Source: Phycisphaerae bacterium (GTDB lineage Bacteria > Planctomycetota > Phycisphaerae > UBA1845 > PWPN01). From it: DNA of 64,000 bases. The stretch spans positions 4,487 to 68,486 of the forward strand of contig JAAYDF010000097.1 of the NCBI GenBank assembly GCA_012729395.1. Reading direction: 5' to 3'. This document shows positions 16,900 to 26,725 of the stretch, piece after piece; positions within the stretch are counted from its first letter, which is position 1; every line of letters begins with the position of its first letter. Below the pieces are notes generated by a model. It saw only the letters and a list, made by a program, of their open reading frames with translations, did no database searches and was not told where the DNA came from. A program made the translations under genes and the position numbers.

Positions 16900-19800
16900 T
16901 TAGCTCTCTTTGCTAATCGCGGCGTGGTAGGCTTGCAGGGATCGGACGGTGCCGCCGCCCTGGCGGAAAGCGGCGATGCCGTCGGCGGCGGCCAAGGCCG
17001 CGGCCAGCGTGGTGATGTAGGGCACACGGTACTTGATCGCCGACTTGCGGATGTACGAGTCGTCCAGAGCGCTGAGCTTGCCCACGGGCGTGTTGATTAC
17101 CAGGTGGATCTCGCGATTCATGATCGCATCGAGGATGTTGGGCCGGCCCTCGCCGAGCTTGGCGATCGACTCGGCGGCGAGGCCCTGATCGATCAGGAAC
17201 TTGTGCGTGCCTTCGGTTGCCAGAATGCGGAAGCCCAATTCCGCGAATCTGCGTGCGGGCTTGAGCACGGCCGGGCGATCCAGCCGGGAAACGCTGATGA
17301 GTACTGTCCCCTCGATGGGCAGGGTGCCCTTGGCGGCGTCCTCCGCCTTGTAGAACGCCAGCCCGAACGAATCCGCCAGCCCGAGCACCTCGCCGGTCGA
17401 ACGCATCTCCGGCCCCAGCACCGGGTCCACTTCGGGGAACATGTTGAACGGGAAGACCGCCTCTTTGACCCCAAAATGCGGGATCTTCCTGTGCACAAGC
17501 TTCATGCTCGCCAGGTCGGCACCCATCATGATACGGGTCGCGATGGGGGCCATCCGCACGTTGCACACCTTGGAGACCAGGGGCACAGTACGGCTGGCGC
17601 GAGGGTTGGCCTCGAGCACATAGACCTTGTCGTCAGCGATGGCGTACTGCATGTTCATCAGGCCGACGACGTTGAGGGCATTGGCGATCCGGCAGGTGTA
17701 CTCGGTGATCGTTTTGCGATGCCGGTCGGCGATGCTGATCGGCGGGATGACGCAGGCCGAGTCGCCAGAGTGAATGCCCGCCTGCTCGATGTGCTCCATG
17801 ATGGCGGGCACGAAAGCGGTGGTGCCGTCCGCGATGGCGTCGGCCTCGCACTCGAGAGCGTTTTCAAGGAACTTGTCGATCAGGATCGGTCGCTCGGGGG
17901 TGACGTCGACCGCGGCGGCTACATAGCGGCGGAGCATCTCGTCGTCGTGCACCACCTCCATGCCGCGCCCGCCCAGCACATACGACGGGCGGACCATGAG
18001 CGGGTAGCCGATGCGGCCGGCAACCTCGAGAGCCTGTTCAAGTGTGCTGGCCATCCCACTGGCGGGCATGGGGAGTTCCAGCCGGTCCATCATGTGACGG
18101 AAGCGGTCGCGATCCTCGGCCAGATCGATGGCGTCGACACTGGTGCCTAGGATGGTAACCCCCTCTGCCTCAAGCTCGCCGGCGATGTTCAACGGCGTCT
18201 GCCCGCCAAATTGAACAATGACGCCGACGGGCTGCTCCTTGCGGTAAATGCTCAGTACGTCTTCAACGGTCAGCGGCTCAAAGTAGAGCTTGTCCGACGT
18301 GTCGTAGTCGGTGGAGACGGTCTCGGGATTGCAGTTGACCATGATGGTCTCGAAGCCGAGGTCGCGAAGCGCGAAGGCGGCATGGACGCAGCAATAGTCG
18401 AACTCGATGCCCTGCCCGATGCGATTCGGCCCGCCGCCAAGGACCATCACCTTGCGACGGTCGCTGACGGCGACCTGATCCTTGCCGTTGTAGGTCGAGT
18501 AGTAGTAGGCGGCATTCTCGACACCGCTGACGGGAACGGCGTTCCATGACTCATTGACGCCGAGGCTCTGTCGCCGCTTTCGCAGGTCGCCTTCGGCCAG
18601 ACCCAGTAGTTTGGCGAGGTAGCGATCGGCGAAGCCGTCGCGCTTGGCGGCAATGAGCAGTTCGTCCGGGGGCAGGTGGCCCTTGCGGGTCAGAATGCGT
18701 TCTTCGAGCTCGACGAGTTCCTTCATCTGCTCGATGAACCAAGCCTTGATGTGGGTCAGCTCGTGAAGCTGCTCTACCGTGGCTCCCTTGCGCAGGGCCT
18801 CGTACATGATGAACTGACGCTCGCTGCTGGGCTCGTGGAGCATGGCCAGCAGCTCGTCGAGCGAGCGGCGATTGAAGTCCTTGGCGAATCCGAGCCCGTA
18901 GCGACCGATCTCCAGCGACCGGATGGCTTTTTGGAGAGCCTCCTTGTAGTTCTTTCCGATGCTCATGGCCTCGCCGACGGCTCGCATCTGGGTGCCGAGC
19001 CGGTCCTCGGCTTTGCGGAACTTCTCGAATGCCCAACGGGCGAACTTGACGACCACGTAATCGCCGCCGGGGGTGTACTTGTCGAGCGTGCCGTCCCGCC
19101 AGTAAGGGATCTCGTCGAGGGTCAGGCCGGCGGCGAGTTTGGCGGAGACCAAGGCGATGGGGAAACCGGTGGCTTTGCTCGCCAAGGCGGAGCTGCGACT
19201 CGTGCGAGGGTTGATTTCGATGACCACGATCCGTCCGTCTCGCGGGTTGTGGGCGAACTGCACGTTGGTGCCGCCGATGACCCCGATCGCGTCAACGATG
19301 GCGTAGGAGTGGTCTTGCAGCCGCTTCTGGACGTCCGGTGCGATGGTCAACATGGGTGCGGTGCAGAACGAGTCCCCGGTGTGCACTCCCATGGGGTCGA
19401 CGTTCTCGATGAAACAGACGGTGATCTTGTGACCCTTGGCGTCGCGAACGACCTCGAGTTCGAGTTCCTCCCAGCCGAGGACGGATTCCTCGATGAGTAC
19501 CTGCCCGACCATGCTGGCCGCCAGTCCGCGGGCGCTGACCGTACGCAGTTCCTCCACATTGTAGACCAGCCCACCGCCTGTACCCCCCAGGGTATAGGCC
19601 GGCCGAACCACGACGGGATAACCCAACTCTGTGGCGATTGCCTCGGCCTGCTCGACCGTGTAGACGACCTCGCTGCGCGGCATGTCAATGCCCAGCGATT
19701 CCATCGTGCGCTTGAACGCCTGGCGGTCTTCCCCCCGCTCAATGGCTTCAGCGTCCACGCCGATGACTTGTACGCCATATTCGGTCAACACGCCGGCCTT

Positions 19801-20115
19801 ATAGAGCTCGCTGGCAAGGTTGAGCCCGGTCTGCCCGCCGAGATTCGGCAGCAGGGCGTCGGGACGCTCCGTGCGGATGATCTCGGTGATGGCCGGAACG
19901 GTCAGCGGCTCGATGTAGGTGGCGTCGGCCGTGCCCGGGTCGGTCATGATCGTGGCCGGGTTCGAGTTCACCAGTACGATACGGTAACCCAGGCCTCGTA
20001 GGGCCTTGCATGCCTGCGTGCCCGAGTAGTCGAACTCGCAGGCCTGCCCGATCACGATCGGGCCCGAGCCGATGATCAAAACTGAATGAATGTCGTCGCG
20101 TCGCGGCATCGCCAT
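16900..20115 (-). CDS. carB: Carbamoyl-phosphate synthase large subunit
   Basis: 1071-aa ORF with a typical CarB sequence throughout: SVLIIGSGPIVIGQACEFDYSGTQA, two ATP-grasp halves, and an MGS-like C-terminal domain. No carA is adjacent. Confidence 0.97.
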   Translation of the reverse strand: MAMPRRDDIHSVLIIGSGPIVIGQACEFDYSGTQACKALRGLGYRIVLVNSNPATIMTDPGTADATYIEPLTVPAITEIIRTERPDALLPNLGGQTGLNLASELYKAGVLTEYGVQVIGVDAEAIERGEDRQAFKRTMESLGIDMPRSEVVYTVEQAEAIATELGYPVVVRPAYTLGGTGGGLVYNVEELRTVSARGLAASMVGQVLIEESVLGWEELELEVVRDAKGHKITVCFIENVDPMGVHTGDSFCTAPMLTIAPDVQKRLQDHSYAIVDAIGVIGGTNVQFAHNPRDGRIVVIEINPRTSRSSALASKATGFPIALVSAKLAAGLTLDEIPYWRDGTLDKYTPGGDYVVVKFARWAFEKFRKAEDRLGTQMRAVGEAMSIGKNYKEALQKAIRSLEIGRYGLGFAKDFNRRSLDELLAMLHEPSSERQFIMYEALRKGATVEQLHELTHIKAWFIEQMKELVELEERILTRKGHLPPDELLIAAKRDGFADRYLAKLLGLAEGDLRKRRQSLGVNESWNAVPVSGVENAAYYYSTYNGKDQVAVSDRRKVMVLGGGPNRIGQGIEFDYCCVHAAFALRDLGFETIMVNCNPETVSTDYDTSDKLYFEPLTVEDVLSIYRKEQPVGVIVQFGGQTPLNIAGELEAEGVTILGTSVDAIDLAEDRDRFRHMMDRLELPMPASGMASTLEQALEVAGRIGYPLMVRPSYVLGGRGMEVVHDDEMLRRYVAAAVDVTPERPILIDKFLENALECEADAIADGTTAFVPAIMEHIEQAGIHSGDSACVIPPISIADRHRKTITEYTCRIANALNVVGLMNMQYAIADDKVYVLEANPRASRTVPLVSKVCNVRMAPIATRIMMGADLASMKLVHRKIPHFGVKEAVFPFNMFPEVDPVLGPEMRSTGEVLGLADSFGLAFYKAEDAAKGTLPIEGTVLISVSRLDRPAVLKPARRFAELGFRILATEGTHKFLIDQGLAAESIAKLGEGRPNILDAIMNREIHLVINTPVGKLSALDDSYIRKSAIKYRVPYITTLAAALAAADGIAAFRQGGGTVRSLQAYHAAISKES

Positions 20116-20222
20116 ATTCCGTGCAGGCCGCCCCCCGTGGCGGCCGGATCCTGCGATTCTCTCGCTGCCCGACGGCCGTCACGGGGGCGACCGTCGCAAG
20201 GTAGCGTTGTCATATTGACCTT

Positions 20223-21155
20223 CTACACATACTCGACCGTTGCCGGCGGTTTGGGGGTCAGGTCGTACAGGCAACGGTTGATACCGGGAATTCGGGTAAT
20301 GCGTTCGCTGAGCCGATGCAACGTTGCCCAAGGTAGTTCGGTGACCGCGGCGGTGCGGGCGTCGGAGCTTTCGATGGAGCGGACCACGATGATCTGCCCG
20401 AACTCGCGTTTGCCGTCGCGGATGCCTGTCGCCCGGTCGTTCAGCAGTACGGCGAGGTACTGAAAGGCGCCGGTGTCGGCCAGCTCCTCCTCGACAATGG
20501 CGGTGGCGGCCCGTACGGTCGCGAGCCGTTCCGGGGTGACCTCGCCCACGATCCGCGTAGCCAGGGCGGGTCCGGGGAAGGGGATGCGCCGGGTGATTTC
20601 GGTGGGCAGCCCAAGCAACCGGGCCACTTCGCGGACGCCATCTTTGCGGAGCGTTTTGAGCGGCTCGAGCACCTGGTAACCGTAGGCCTGCTGCGGGTCG
20701 ATGCCGAGCTGGGCGAGGATGTTGTGCTGACGCTTGATGCCCGCGACCGTCTCTTCGATATCCGTCAGGATGGTCCCGTGCAGCAGGAAGCGGGCCCCGG
20801 ACTCGCGAACGACGCGGCCGAAGACCGTCTTGTAGAATGTCTCGGTGATCGCGCAGCGTTTCTCTTCCGGGTCGGTCTTGCCGGCGAGGGTGGCGAGGAA
20901 CTCCCGTCGGGCGTCGATGACTTCGATAGGAATGCCCATGTCGCTGAAAATGCGATGTACGTAAGCGGGCTCGCCCTCGCGCATCAGGTCGTTGTCAACG
21001 AAGATCGTCTTGAGCTGGCCGCCCAGGGCGCGGTGTCCGAGGGCGGTCACCACGGAGCTATCCACACCCCCGCTCAGGGCATTGATGGCCAGCCCGCCGC
21101 CGACGGTTCGCCTCAGCTCAGCCGCTTGGTCATCGAGGAACTTCTGGTAATCCAT
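20223..21155 (-). CDS. Stand-alone GMP-synthase-type PP-loop ATP pyrophosphatase (GuaA C-terminal half / archaeal subunit-B-like), no glutamine amidotransferase domain
   Basis: Start ATG 21155 (GGAGAG SD) gives MDYQKFLDD. PP-loop motif [10 protein letters not shown]. The GMP-synthase C-terminal dimerisation-domain ending CLYDLTPKPPATVEYV compares with [16 protein letters not shown] of the full-length guaA at 39669-41216. Length is 310 aa. Confidence 0.75.
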   Translation of the reverse strand: MDYQKFLDDQAAELRRTVGGGLAINALSGGVDSSVVTALGHRALGGQLKTIFVDNDLMREGEPAYVHRIFSDMGIPIEVIDARREFLATLAGKTDPEEKRCAITETFYKTVFGRVVRESGARFLLHGTILTDIEETVAGIKRQHNILAQLGIDPQQAYGYQVLEPLKTLRKDGVREVARLLGLPTEITRRIPFPGPALATRIVGEVTPERLATVRAATAIVEEELADTGAFQYLAVLLNDRATGIRDGKREFGQIIVVRSIESSDARTAAVTELPWATLHRLSERITRIPGINRCLYDLTPKPPATVEYV

Positions 21156-21360
21156 ACAGGCTCTCCGTTGCCCACTCTTGTGTGGATGATCTTCCCCGGG
21201 CCGGGTGCCCGGTGGGTTATCCGGCTCGCCAGCGAATGTCGGCAAAGCTTACCCAGTCTGCGGCGAAATCTCAATGTTCCCGACTGCCGCGGTCAATGGC
21301 GACATGCTCTCCCGATGGTTCTGCGCCGCGTTGGCATCCCAAACCGTGCTCACCGCAGGA

Positions 21361-22680
21361 TCAGGTGCCTTTGCGATGGTCGATGACCCGGCGGGACTTG
21401 CCGACGAAGCGTTCGAGGCTGTTGGGCTCGACTAGCTCCACGTTGACCCGGATGCCGGTGATGGCGTGGATTTCGCGGTCGATGCGGGCTCGCAGGGCCT
21501 GCATTTCGCGCATGCGGTCGGAGAAGTCCTGCGGTCGGAGTTCGACTTTGACGGTGACGCGGTCGAGCGTACCCGGGCGGTCGACCTCGATCAGGTAGTG
21601 CGGGGCGGTGCCGTCCACGCGGAGAAGGGCCTCCTCGATCTGCGACGGGAAGACGTTCACGCCCCGGATGATAAGCATGTCGTCGGTGCGTCCGACCACG
21701 CGGCTCATCCTGGCGAACGTGCGTCCGCACGGGCAGGGGGACGTGTCGATCGAGGCGATATCTCGCGTGCGGTAGCGCAGCAGGGGCATGGCCTGCTTGG
21801 TCAGCGTGGTGATGACCAGTTCGCCCTGTTCCCCTTCGGCGACCGGTTCGAGCGTGTCGGGATTGAGGCACTCGACAATGAAATGGTCTTCCGCCAGGTG
21901 CATACCTCGGCGAGCGGCACACTCACCGCTGACGCCCGGGCCGATGATCTCCGACAGACCGTAGTTGTTGAAGGCCAGAATGCCCATTTCCTGCTCGATG
22001 CGCAGACGCATGTCTTCGGTCCAGGGCTCGCCGCCGAAATGCCCGTACTTGAGAGACCAGTCGGCGGGCGTGATACCCTCCGCTCGGGCGACCTCGGCGA
22101 TGTTGAGGGCATAGCTGGGTGTGCAGATGAGCACGTCGGCGTCGAGATCCTTGAGCAGGAGGATCTGCCGGACGGTGTTCCCGGCGGCGGCGGGGACGAT
22201 CGCCGCTCCGACGCGTTCGACGCCTTGATGTAGGCCGAACCCGCCCGTGAAGAGCCCATAGCCGAAGGCGATGTGCACGGTGTGCTTGGGCCGAAGCCCG
22301 CCCGCCACGAGGAACCGGGCGCATAACTCCGTCCACAGGTTGAGATCCTCGGCGGTATAGGCGACGAACGTCGGCTTGCCCGTGGTTCCAGATGAGCCGT
22401 GGATGCGGACCAGCTTCTCTCGCGGGACCGCCAACAGGTCGAGCGGGTAGTACTGCCGGAGATCCTCCTTGGTGGTGATCGGCAGCCGCCGCACGTCCTC
22501 AGGACCGCTGATGGTGTCGGCGTCCACGCCCAGCCGGCTGAGGGCCTCGCGGTAGAATGGGATCTGGGACGCCTGCCGCACGCAGCTACGTAACCGCTCG
22601 GTTTGCAGGACGCGAAGACGCTCGCGAGGCAGAGTCTCAACAGTGTCCCAGATCCGGTTCTCGATTTGTAGGCCCGACAT
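21361..22680 (-). CDS. paaK: Phenylacetate-CoA ligase family (PaaK-like) adenylate-forming enzyme, copy 2
   Basis: Start ATG 22680 (GGAGG SD). Motifs: [19 protein letters not shown], and the C-terminal PaaK domain (VFPSQIEEALL, VKVELR). Paralogous to 23244-24575. Confidence 0.85.
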   Translation of the reverse strand: MSGLQIENRIWDTVETLPRERLRVLQTERLRSCVRQASQIPFYREALSRLGVDADTISGPEDVRRLPITTKEDLRQYYPLDLLAVPREKLVRIHGSSGTTGKPTFVAYTAEDLNLWTELCARFLVAGGLRPKHTVHIAFGYGLFTGGFGLHQGVERVGAAIVPAAAGNTVRQILLLKDLDADVLICTPSYALNIAEVARAEGITPADWSLKYGHFGGEPWTEDMRLRIEQEMGILAFNNYGLSEIIGPGVSGECAARRGMHLAEDHFIVECLNPDTLEPVAEGEQGELVITTLTKQAMPLLRYRTRDIASIDTSPCPCGRTFARMSRVVGRTDDMLIIRGVNVFPSQIEEALLRVDGTAPHYLIEVDRPGTLDRVTVKVELRPQDFSDRMREMQALRARIDREIHAITGIRVNVELVEPNSLERFVGKSRRVIDHRKGT

Positions 22681-22725
22681 CGTCCCTCCAAGGCTCGGCC
22701 GCAGTGCCTCAAGACGAAACAACGA

Positions 22726-23166
22726 TCACGTCCCCGGCGTCAGGAAGCCGTCCAGTTCCGTGACCACGGCGACACCATGGGCGGCCAGCAATCGCAGTGC
22801 CTTGTCCGGGTCGTCAAACCGGAACACCAGCACGGCACGATCGCCCTTCCGAGCGGTGAAGGAGTAGACGTACTCGACGTTGAGGCTCTCCTTCTCGATG
22901 ACGGCGAGTACGCCGTCGAGTCCGCCCGCTCGATCGGGAACCTCAACCGCGACAACCTCGGTGACGTTGACCACAGCGCCGGCCTTCTCAAGGATGCCCT
23001 TGGCTCGTTGGGCGTCGGGCACGATCAGGCGGAGGATGCCGAACTGCTCCGTGTCGGCCAGCGACATGGTCAGAATGCTGATGCCCGCCTCAGCCAGGAT
23101 GCGGGTGGGCACGCGCAAAGCCCGCGGTTTGTTCTCCAGAAACAGCGACAGTTGTTGAATCTTCAT
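22726..23166 (-). CDS. Tandem ACT-domain small-molecule-binding protein
   Basis: Start ATG 23166 gives MKIQQLSLFLENKPRALRVPTRILAEAGISILTMSLADTEQFGILRLIV. A second ACT-like half follows (VVAVEVPDRAGGLDGVLAVIEKESLNVEYVYSF). It sits between two paaK paralogs, a recurrent arrangement. Confidence 0.8.
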   Translation of the reverse strand: MKIQQLSLFLENKPRALRVPTRILAEAGISILTMSLADTEQFGILRLIVPDAQRAKGILEKAGAVVNVTEVVAVEVPDRAGGLDGVLAVIEKESLNVEYVYSFTARKGDRAVLVFRFDDPDKALRLLAAHGVAVVTELDGFLTPGT

Positions 23167-23243
23167 GGTCGGCCTCTGTGTGGTTTGCGGGGTCCGTCGA
23201 CCGCGGCCCTCCAAGGGGCCAGGGTATCGGCCGGCGACCGTGG

Positions 23244-24575
23244 CTACAAGTTTCGCTGGTCGAGTACGCGTCGGGCCTTGCCCTCGCTTCGTTGGATGGT
23301 GTTCGGTTCAACCAGACGCACTTTGGCCCGCAGGCCCAGCGTTCGCTCGATCGAGTGCGAGATCCGTGCCTGCAGGCCCTCCAACGCACTGATGGTATCC
23401 TTGAAGATCTCCGGGGTCACTTCGACACGCACCTCGATTTGGTCGAGGCCCTTCTCCCGGGTCAGGACAATCTGGTAGTGCGGCAGCGTGCCCTCGACGG
23501 AAAGCAATGCTACCTCGATCTGCGAGGGGAAGACGTTGACGCCGCGAATGATGAACATGTCGTCACTGCGATGGGTGACGCGGTGCACTCGTCTGAGGGT
23601 TCTGCCGCATCCGGACGGCGTGGTGATAAACGCGGTGATGTCGTGCGTACGGTACCGGATGACGGGCATGGCCCACTTGCTCAACGTGGTGAGGACGAGT
23701 TCACCCTCTTGGCCGTCGGGTACGGGTTTCCCGGTGTCGGGATCCACGATCTCGGGGTAGAAGTGGTCCTCGAAGATGACCAAGCCGTCCTGCGTCTCGG
23801 TTTCCGATGCGACTCCGGGGCCGATGATCTCAGACAGGCCGTAGATGTCGTACGCCTTGATGCCGGCCTGTTTCTCGATGTACTGCCTCATGCCTTCGGT
23901 CCAGGGCTCGGCTCCGAAGATGCCGGCCCGGAGGGGCAGTTCTCGGAAGTCGATGCCCAACTCTTCCCCGCGGTCGATGAGGTGGATGAAGTAACTGGGC
24001 GTGCAGCAGATGGCGGTGACGCCGAAGTCCTTCATGACCATGATTTGTCGGTCAGTGTTCCCGCCGGAGATGGGGATGACGGTAGCCCCGAGGGCCTCGG
24101 CCCCGTAGTGGGCTCCCAGTCCGCCGGTGAACAGACCGTAGCCGTAGGCGTTCTGAATGATGTCGCCGCGGTGCAGACCGCAGGCGGCGAAGGTGCGGAC
24201 CATGACGCTGGACCACACCTGCAGATCCTCGCGGGTGTAGGCGACGACGATGGGCTTTCCGGTCGTGCCGCTCGATGCGTGCAGCCGGACGATTTCAGGC
24301 ATCGGGCTGGCGAATAGCCCAAACGGGTAGGTGTCGCGCAGGTCGGTCTTCTGGGTGAAGGGCAGCCGGACGATATCGTCGAGGCTTTGGATGTCGTCGG
24401 GCGTGACCCCGGACTCGCGCATCCGTTTCCCGTAGAGCTCAACGTGCTCGTAAGCCCGGGCGGCGATGGCTCGCAGTCGGCGAAGCTGCAAGTCCCGCAA
24501 CTGGGGCAGGGGCAGGTAGTCGGGGGCGCTGGCCGGGTGAAATCCACCGGGGGTGTCGTTCCATTGTTCGATCAT
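23244..24575 (-). CDS. paaK: Phenylacetate-CoA ligase family (PaaK-like) adenylate-forming enzyme, copy 1
   Basis: 443-aa ORF. Motifs: [37 protein letters not shown]. Confidence 0.88.
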   Translation of the reverse strand: MIEQWNDTPGGFHPASAPDYLPLPQLRDLQLRRLRAIAARAYEHVELYGKRMRESGVTPDDIQSLDDIVRLPFTQKTDLRDTYPFGLFASPMPEIVRLHASSGTTGKPIVVAYTREDLQVWSSVMVRTFAACGLHRGDIIQNAYGYGLFTGGLGAHYGAEALGATVIPISGGNTDRQIMVMKDFGVTAICCTPSYFIHLIDRGEELGIDFRELPLRAGIFGAEPWTEGMRQYIEKQAGIKAYDIYGLSEIIGPGVASETETQDGLVIFEDHFYPEIVDPDTGKPVPDGQEGELVLTTLSKWAMPVIRYRTHDITAFITTPSGCGRTLRRVHRVTHRSDDMFIIRGVNVFPSQIEVALLSVEGTLPHYQIVLTREKGLDQIEVRVEVTPEIFKDTISALEGLQARISHSIERTLGLRAKVRLVEPNTIQRSEGKARRVLDQRNL

Positions 24576-24582
24576 GGCAGTT

Positions 24583-25092
24583 TCAACCTCTCATAGCGGG
24601 TGAATCGGCGGATGTGGGCTGGCCGCTTCGTCCCATGTCAAACGCTTTGACATTGATCTCATGTACTTTTTCGGGCAGGCTGGCCCGGATGGCCGTCAGC
24701 CATGCCTCGCGTGAAAAGGGCAGGTGTTTGCTGAGCACGCCCAGGAGAGCGATATTGAGGCTGCGGGGATGCGGGAGGTTGTCGACGGCGATCGCCTCAG
24801 GTGTGACAAGCACACCCTCGCGCCGCAGGTGGCGTCGATTGTTCTCGACCTCCTCGAGCGTGAGGACCACGAGGTAGTCCGCGTCGCCGTCGGGGACCAT
24901 GGGGCTGAACACCTCCTCCCCGAATCGCACGTCACTACTCACCGACCCGCCACGCTGGCTCATGCCGTGGAGCTCGCTCTTCTTGACCGCTTTGCCGCTT
25001 GCGAACGCTACTTGGGCGAGGATGTTCGATGCCTTGAGCACACCTTGCCCGCCGAGTCCCGCGAAGACGACATTGACCACTTGACTGCTCAT
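24583..25092 (-). CDS. iorB: Indolepyruvate:ferredoxin oxidoreductase beta subunit
   Basis: 169-aa ORF: [23 protein letters not shown]...[13 protein letters not shown] (2-oxoacid:ferredoxin oxidoreductase gamma-type domain). It starts 1 nt after the iorA stop. Confidence 0.88.
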   Translation of the reverse strand: MSSQVVNVVFAGLGGQGVLKASNILAQVAFASGKAVKKSELHGMSQRGGSVSSDVRFGEEVFSPMVPDGDADYLVVLTLEEVENNRRHLRREGVLVTPEAIAVDNLPHPRSLNIALLGVLSKHLPFSREAWLTAIRASLPEKVHEINVKAFDMGRSGQPTSADSPAMRG

Positions 25093-25093
25093 G

Positions 25094-26725
25094 CTATGGG
25101 GTAACCTCCGTTTTGCATCCCTCGCCCCGCGATCCCGCGGTCGCCTGACGCTCGTATTGCTTGATGTGGCCGGCGGCGAGAATGCACGGACGGCGGGCGA
25201 TAATCACACACAAGTCACCACTTGCGAGGCATTCGGTCAAGGTCCGCTCCAGACCTGCCGGGTCCGTGGCCGGGTCTATGGTGTGTACGCGGGGAATGCC
25301 CAGTGATCGTGCGAGGTCTTCGAAGACGATCTTGCCGGTCGCCTCATGGCCAAGGGTTCGCCCGGTGCCGGGGTGTTCCTGAAGCCCGGTCATCGCTGTC
25401 GTGCCGTTGTCCAGAATCAGTACGACGTGCCCGGTTGACGGAGGGTTGTAGACCATCTCCGCAAGGCCGGTGATGCCACTGTGCACGAAGGTGCTGTCGC
25501 CGATGACGCTGACCACACGGCGGGCCTGGTCCGGCGGGAGGACATGCCTCAGGCCCAGTCCCACGCCGAGGCTCGCGCCCATGCACACGCAGGTGTCCAT
25601 GGCCTCGAAGGGCGGCAGCACACCGAGCGTGTAGCAACCGATATCGCCGCTGACGATGCAGCCGAGCTTACTCAGAGCGGCGAATGTCACGCGGTGCGGG
25701 CAGGCACTGCATAACTGCGGGGGTTTGCCGCGCGGCGGGGGGGCTTCGGGTGTTGTGTCGCCCGCGAGGATTCGCCGAACCCGGGCGACGTTGAGTTCCC
25801 CAAAGCGGTACATCTCCGGCTTGCCAGTGACCTCCGCACCCGCCGCCCGAATCGACTCGTGCAGATACGGGTCGCCTTCTTCGATCACCACGCAGCGCTG
25901 GACCGAATCGACAAACCGTCGGATGGCGTCGGTGGGCAGCGGGTAGGTCAGAGCGAGCTTGAGCACACGGGCCTTCGGTGCCGCCTCGCGCACATGCATG
26001 AAGGCCACGCCCGAGGTGATGATGCCCAATGCGTCGTCGCCGGGCAGTTCCCGGTGCAAGGCCGATTGCTCACCCCAGGCGGCGATCTCAGCCAGTTTGC
26101 GGCGCAGTCGGCCGTGCGCGGGACGGGCATAAGCGGGAATCATCACCCGCCCTTGAATGTCGCGCTGCCATGAGGGCGGAGCGGCCGGCCGTGGCAAAGC
26201 TCGTCGTTGAACGATGGTCTGCGAGTGGCATACACGCGTCGTCATCCGCATCAGGACGGGGATGTGCCATCGCTCGGATATCGCGATGGCCTCGGCGGTC
26301 AGGTCGTAGGCCTCTTGAGAGTCGGCGGGTTCGAGCATGGGGATGCCGGCCGCCACCGCATAACGACGGTTGTCCTGTTCGTTCTGACTTGAGGCCATAC
26401 CCGGATCGTCGGCGGACACCACGACCAAGGCACCGGTGACGCCGGTATACGCGGCCGTGAACAACGGGTCAGCGGCCACGTTGAGCCCGACGTGCTTCAT
26501 GGTGACCAAGGCCCGCCCACCCGCGTAGGCTGCGCCCAAAGCCACTTCGAGCGCAACTTTTTCGTTTGGCGCCCACTGTGCCTTGCCCCCAAGCTCGTTG
26601 AACCGCTCGAGAATTTCCGTCGAGGGCGTCCCGGGATATCCCGTGCCCAGGGCCACGCCGGAGTCGATGGCCGCCTGGGCCACCGCCTCGTCACCGTTCA
26701 ACAAGCATCGTTCCGACCGCGTCAT
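25094..26725 (-). CDS. iorA: Indolepyruvate:ferredoxin oxidoreductase alpha subunit (TPP-binding); no C-terminal 2x[4Fe-4S] ferredoxin module seen
   Basis: 543-aa ORF. Motifs: LNGDEAVAQAAIDSGV..GYPGTPSTEI, LCSACPHR, GDIGCYTLG, VIGDSTFVHSG. The ATG overlaps the upstream thioesterase stop (ATGA). Confidence 0.88.
   Translation of the reverse strand: MTRSERCLLNGDEAVAQAAIDSGVALGTGYPGTPSTEILERFNELGGKAQWAPNEKVALEVALGAAYAGGRALVTMKHVGLNVAADPLFTAAYTGVTGALVVVSADDPGMASSQNEQDNRRYAVAAGIPMLEPADSQEAYDLTAEAIAISERWHIPVLMRMTTRVCHSQTIVQRRALPRPAAPPSWQRDIQGRVMIPAYARPAHGRLRRKLAEIAAWGEQSALHRELPGDDALGIITSGVAFMHVREAAPKARVLKLALTYPLPTDAIRRFVDSVQRCVVIEEGDPYLHESIRAAGAEVTGKPEMYRFGELNVARVRRILAGDTTPEAPPPRGKPPQLCSACPHRVTFAALSKLGCIVSGDIGCYTLGVLPPFEAMDTCVCMGASLGVGLGLRHVLPPDQARRVVSVIGDSTFVHSGITGLAEMVYNPPSTGHVVLILDNGTTAMTGLQEHPGTGRTLGHEATGKIVFEDLARSLGIPRVHTIDPATDPAGLERTLTECLASGDLCVIIARRPCILAAGHIKQYERQATAGSRGEGCKTEVTP

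Noticed and set aside
16900-21155. Considered calling carB plus the PP-loop gene a novel fused pathway
   Set aside because: Adjacency (a 107-nt gap) is the only evidence. Both genes have ordinary independent functions. It is kept only as a note within the PP-loop finding.
23178-24317. 379-aa plus-strand ORF. Similar cases: 21466..22233, 46893..48239, 54738..55991, 58144..59217 and 60123..61226
   Set aside because: All are antisense to well-supported genes (paaK, the RhaI-like isomerase, rarA, DUF1573-Trx, DUF89) and have the skewed composition of shadow ORFs.
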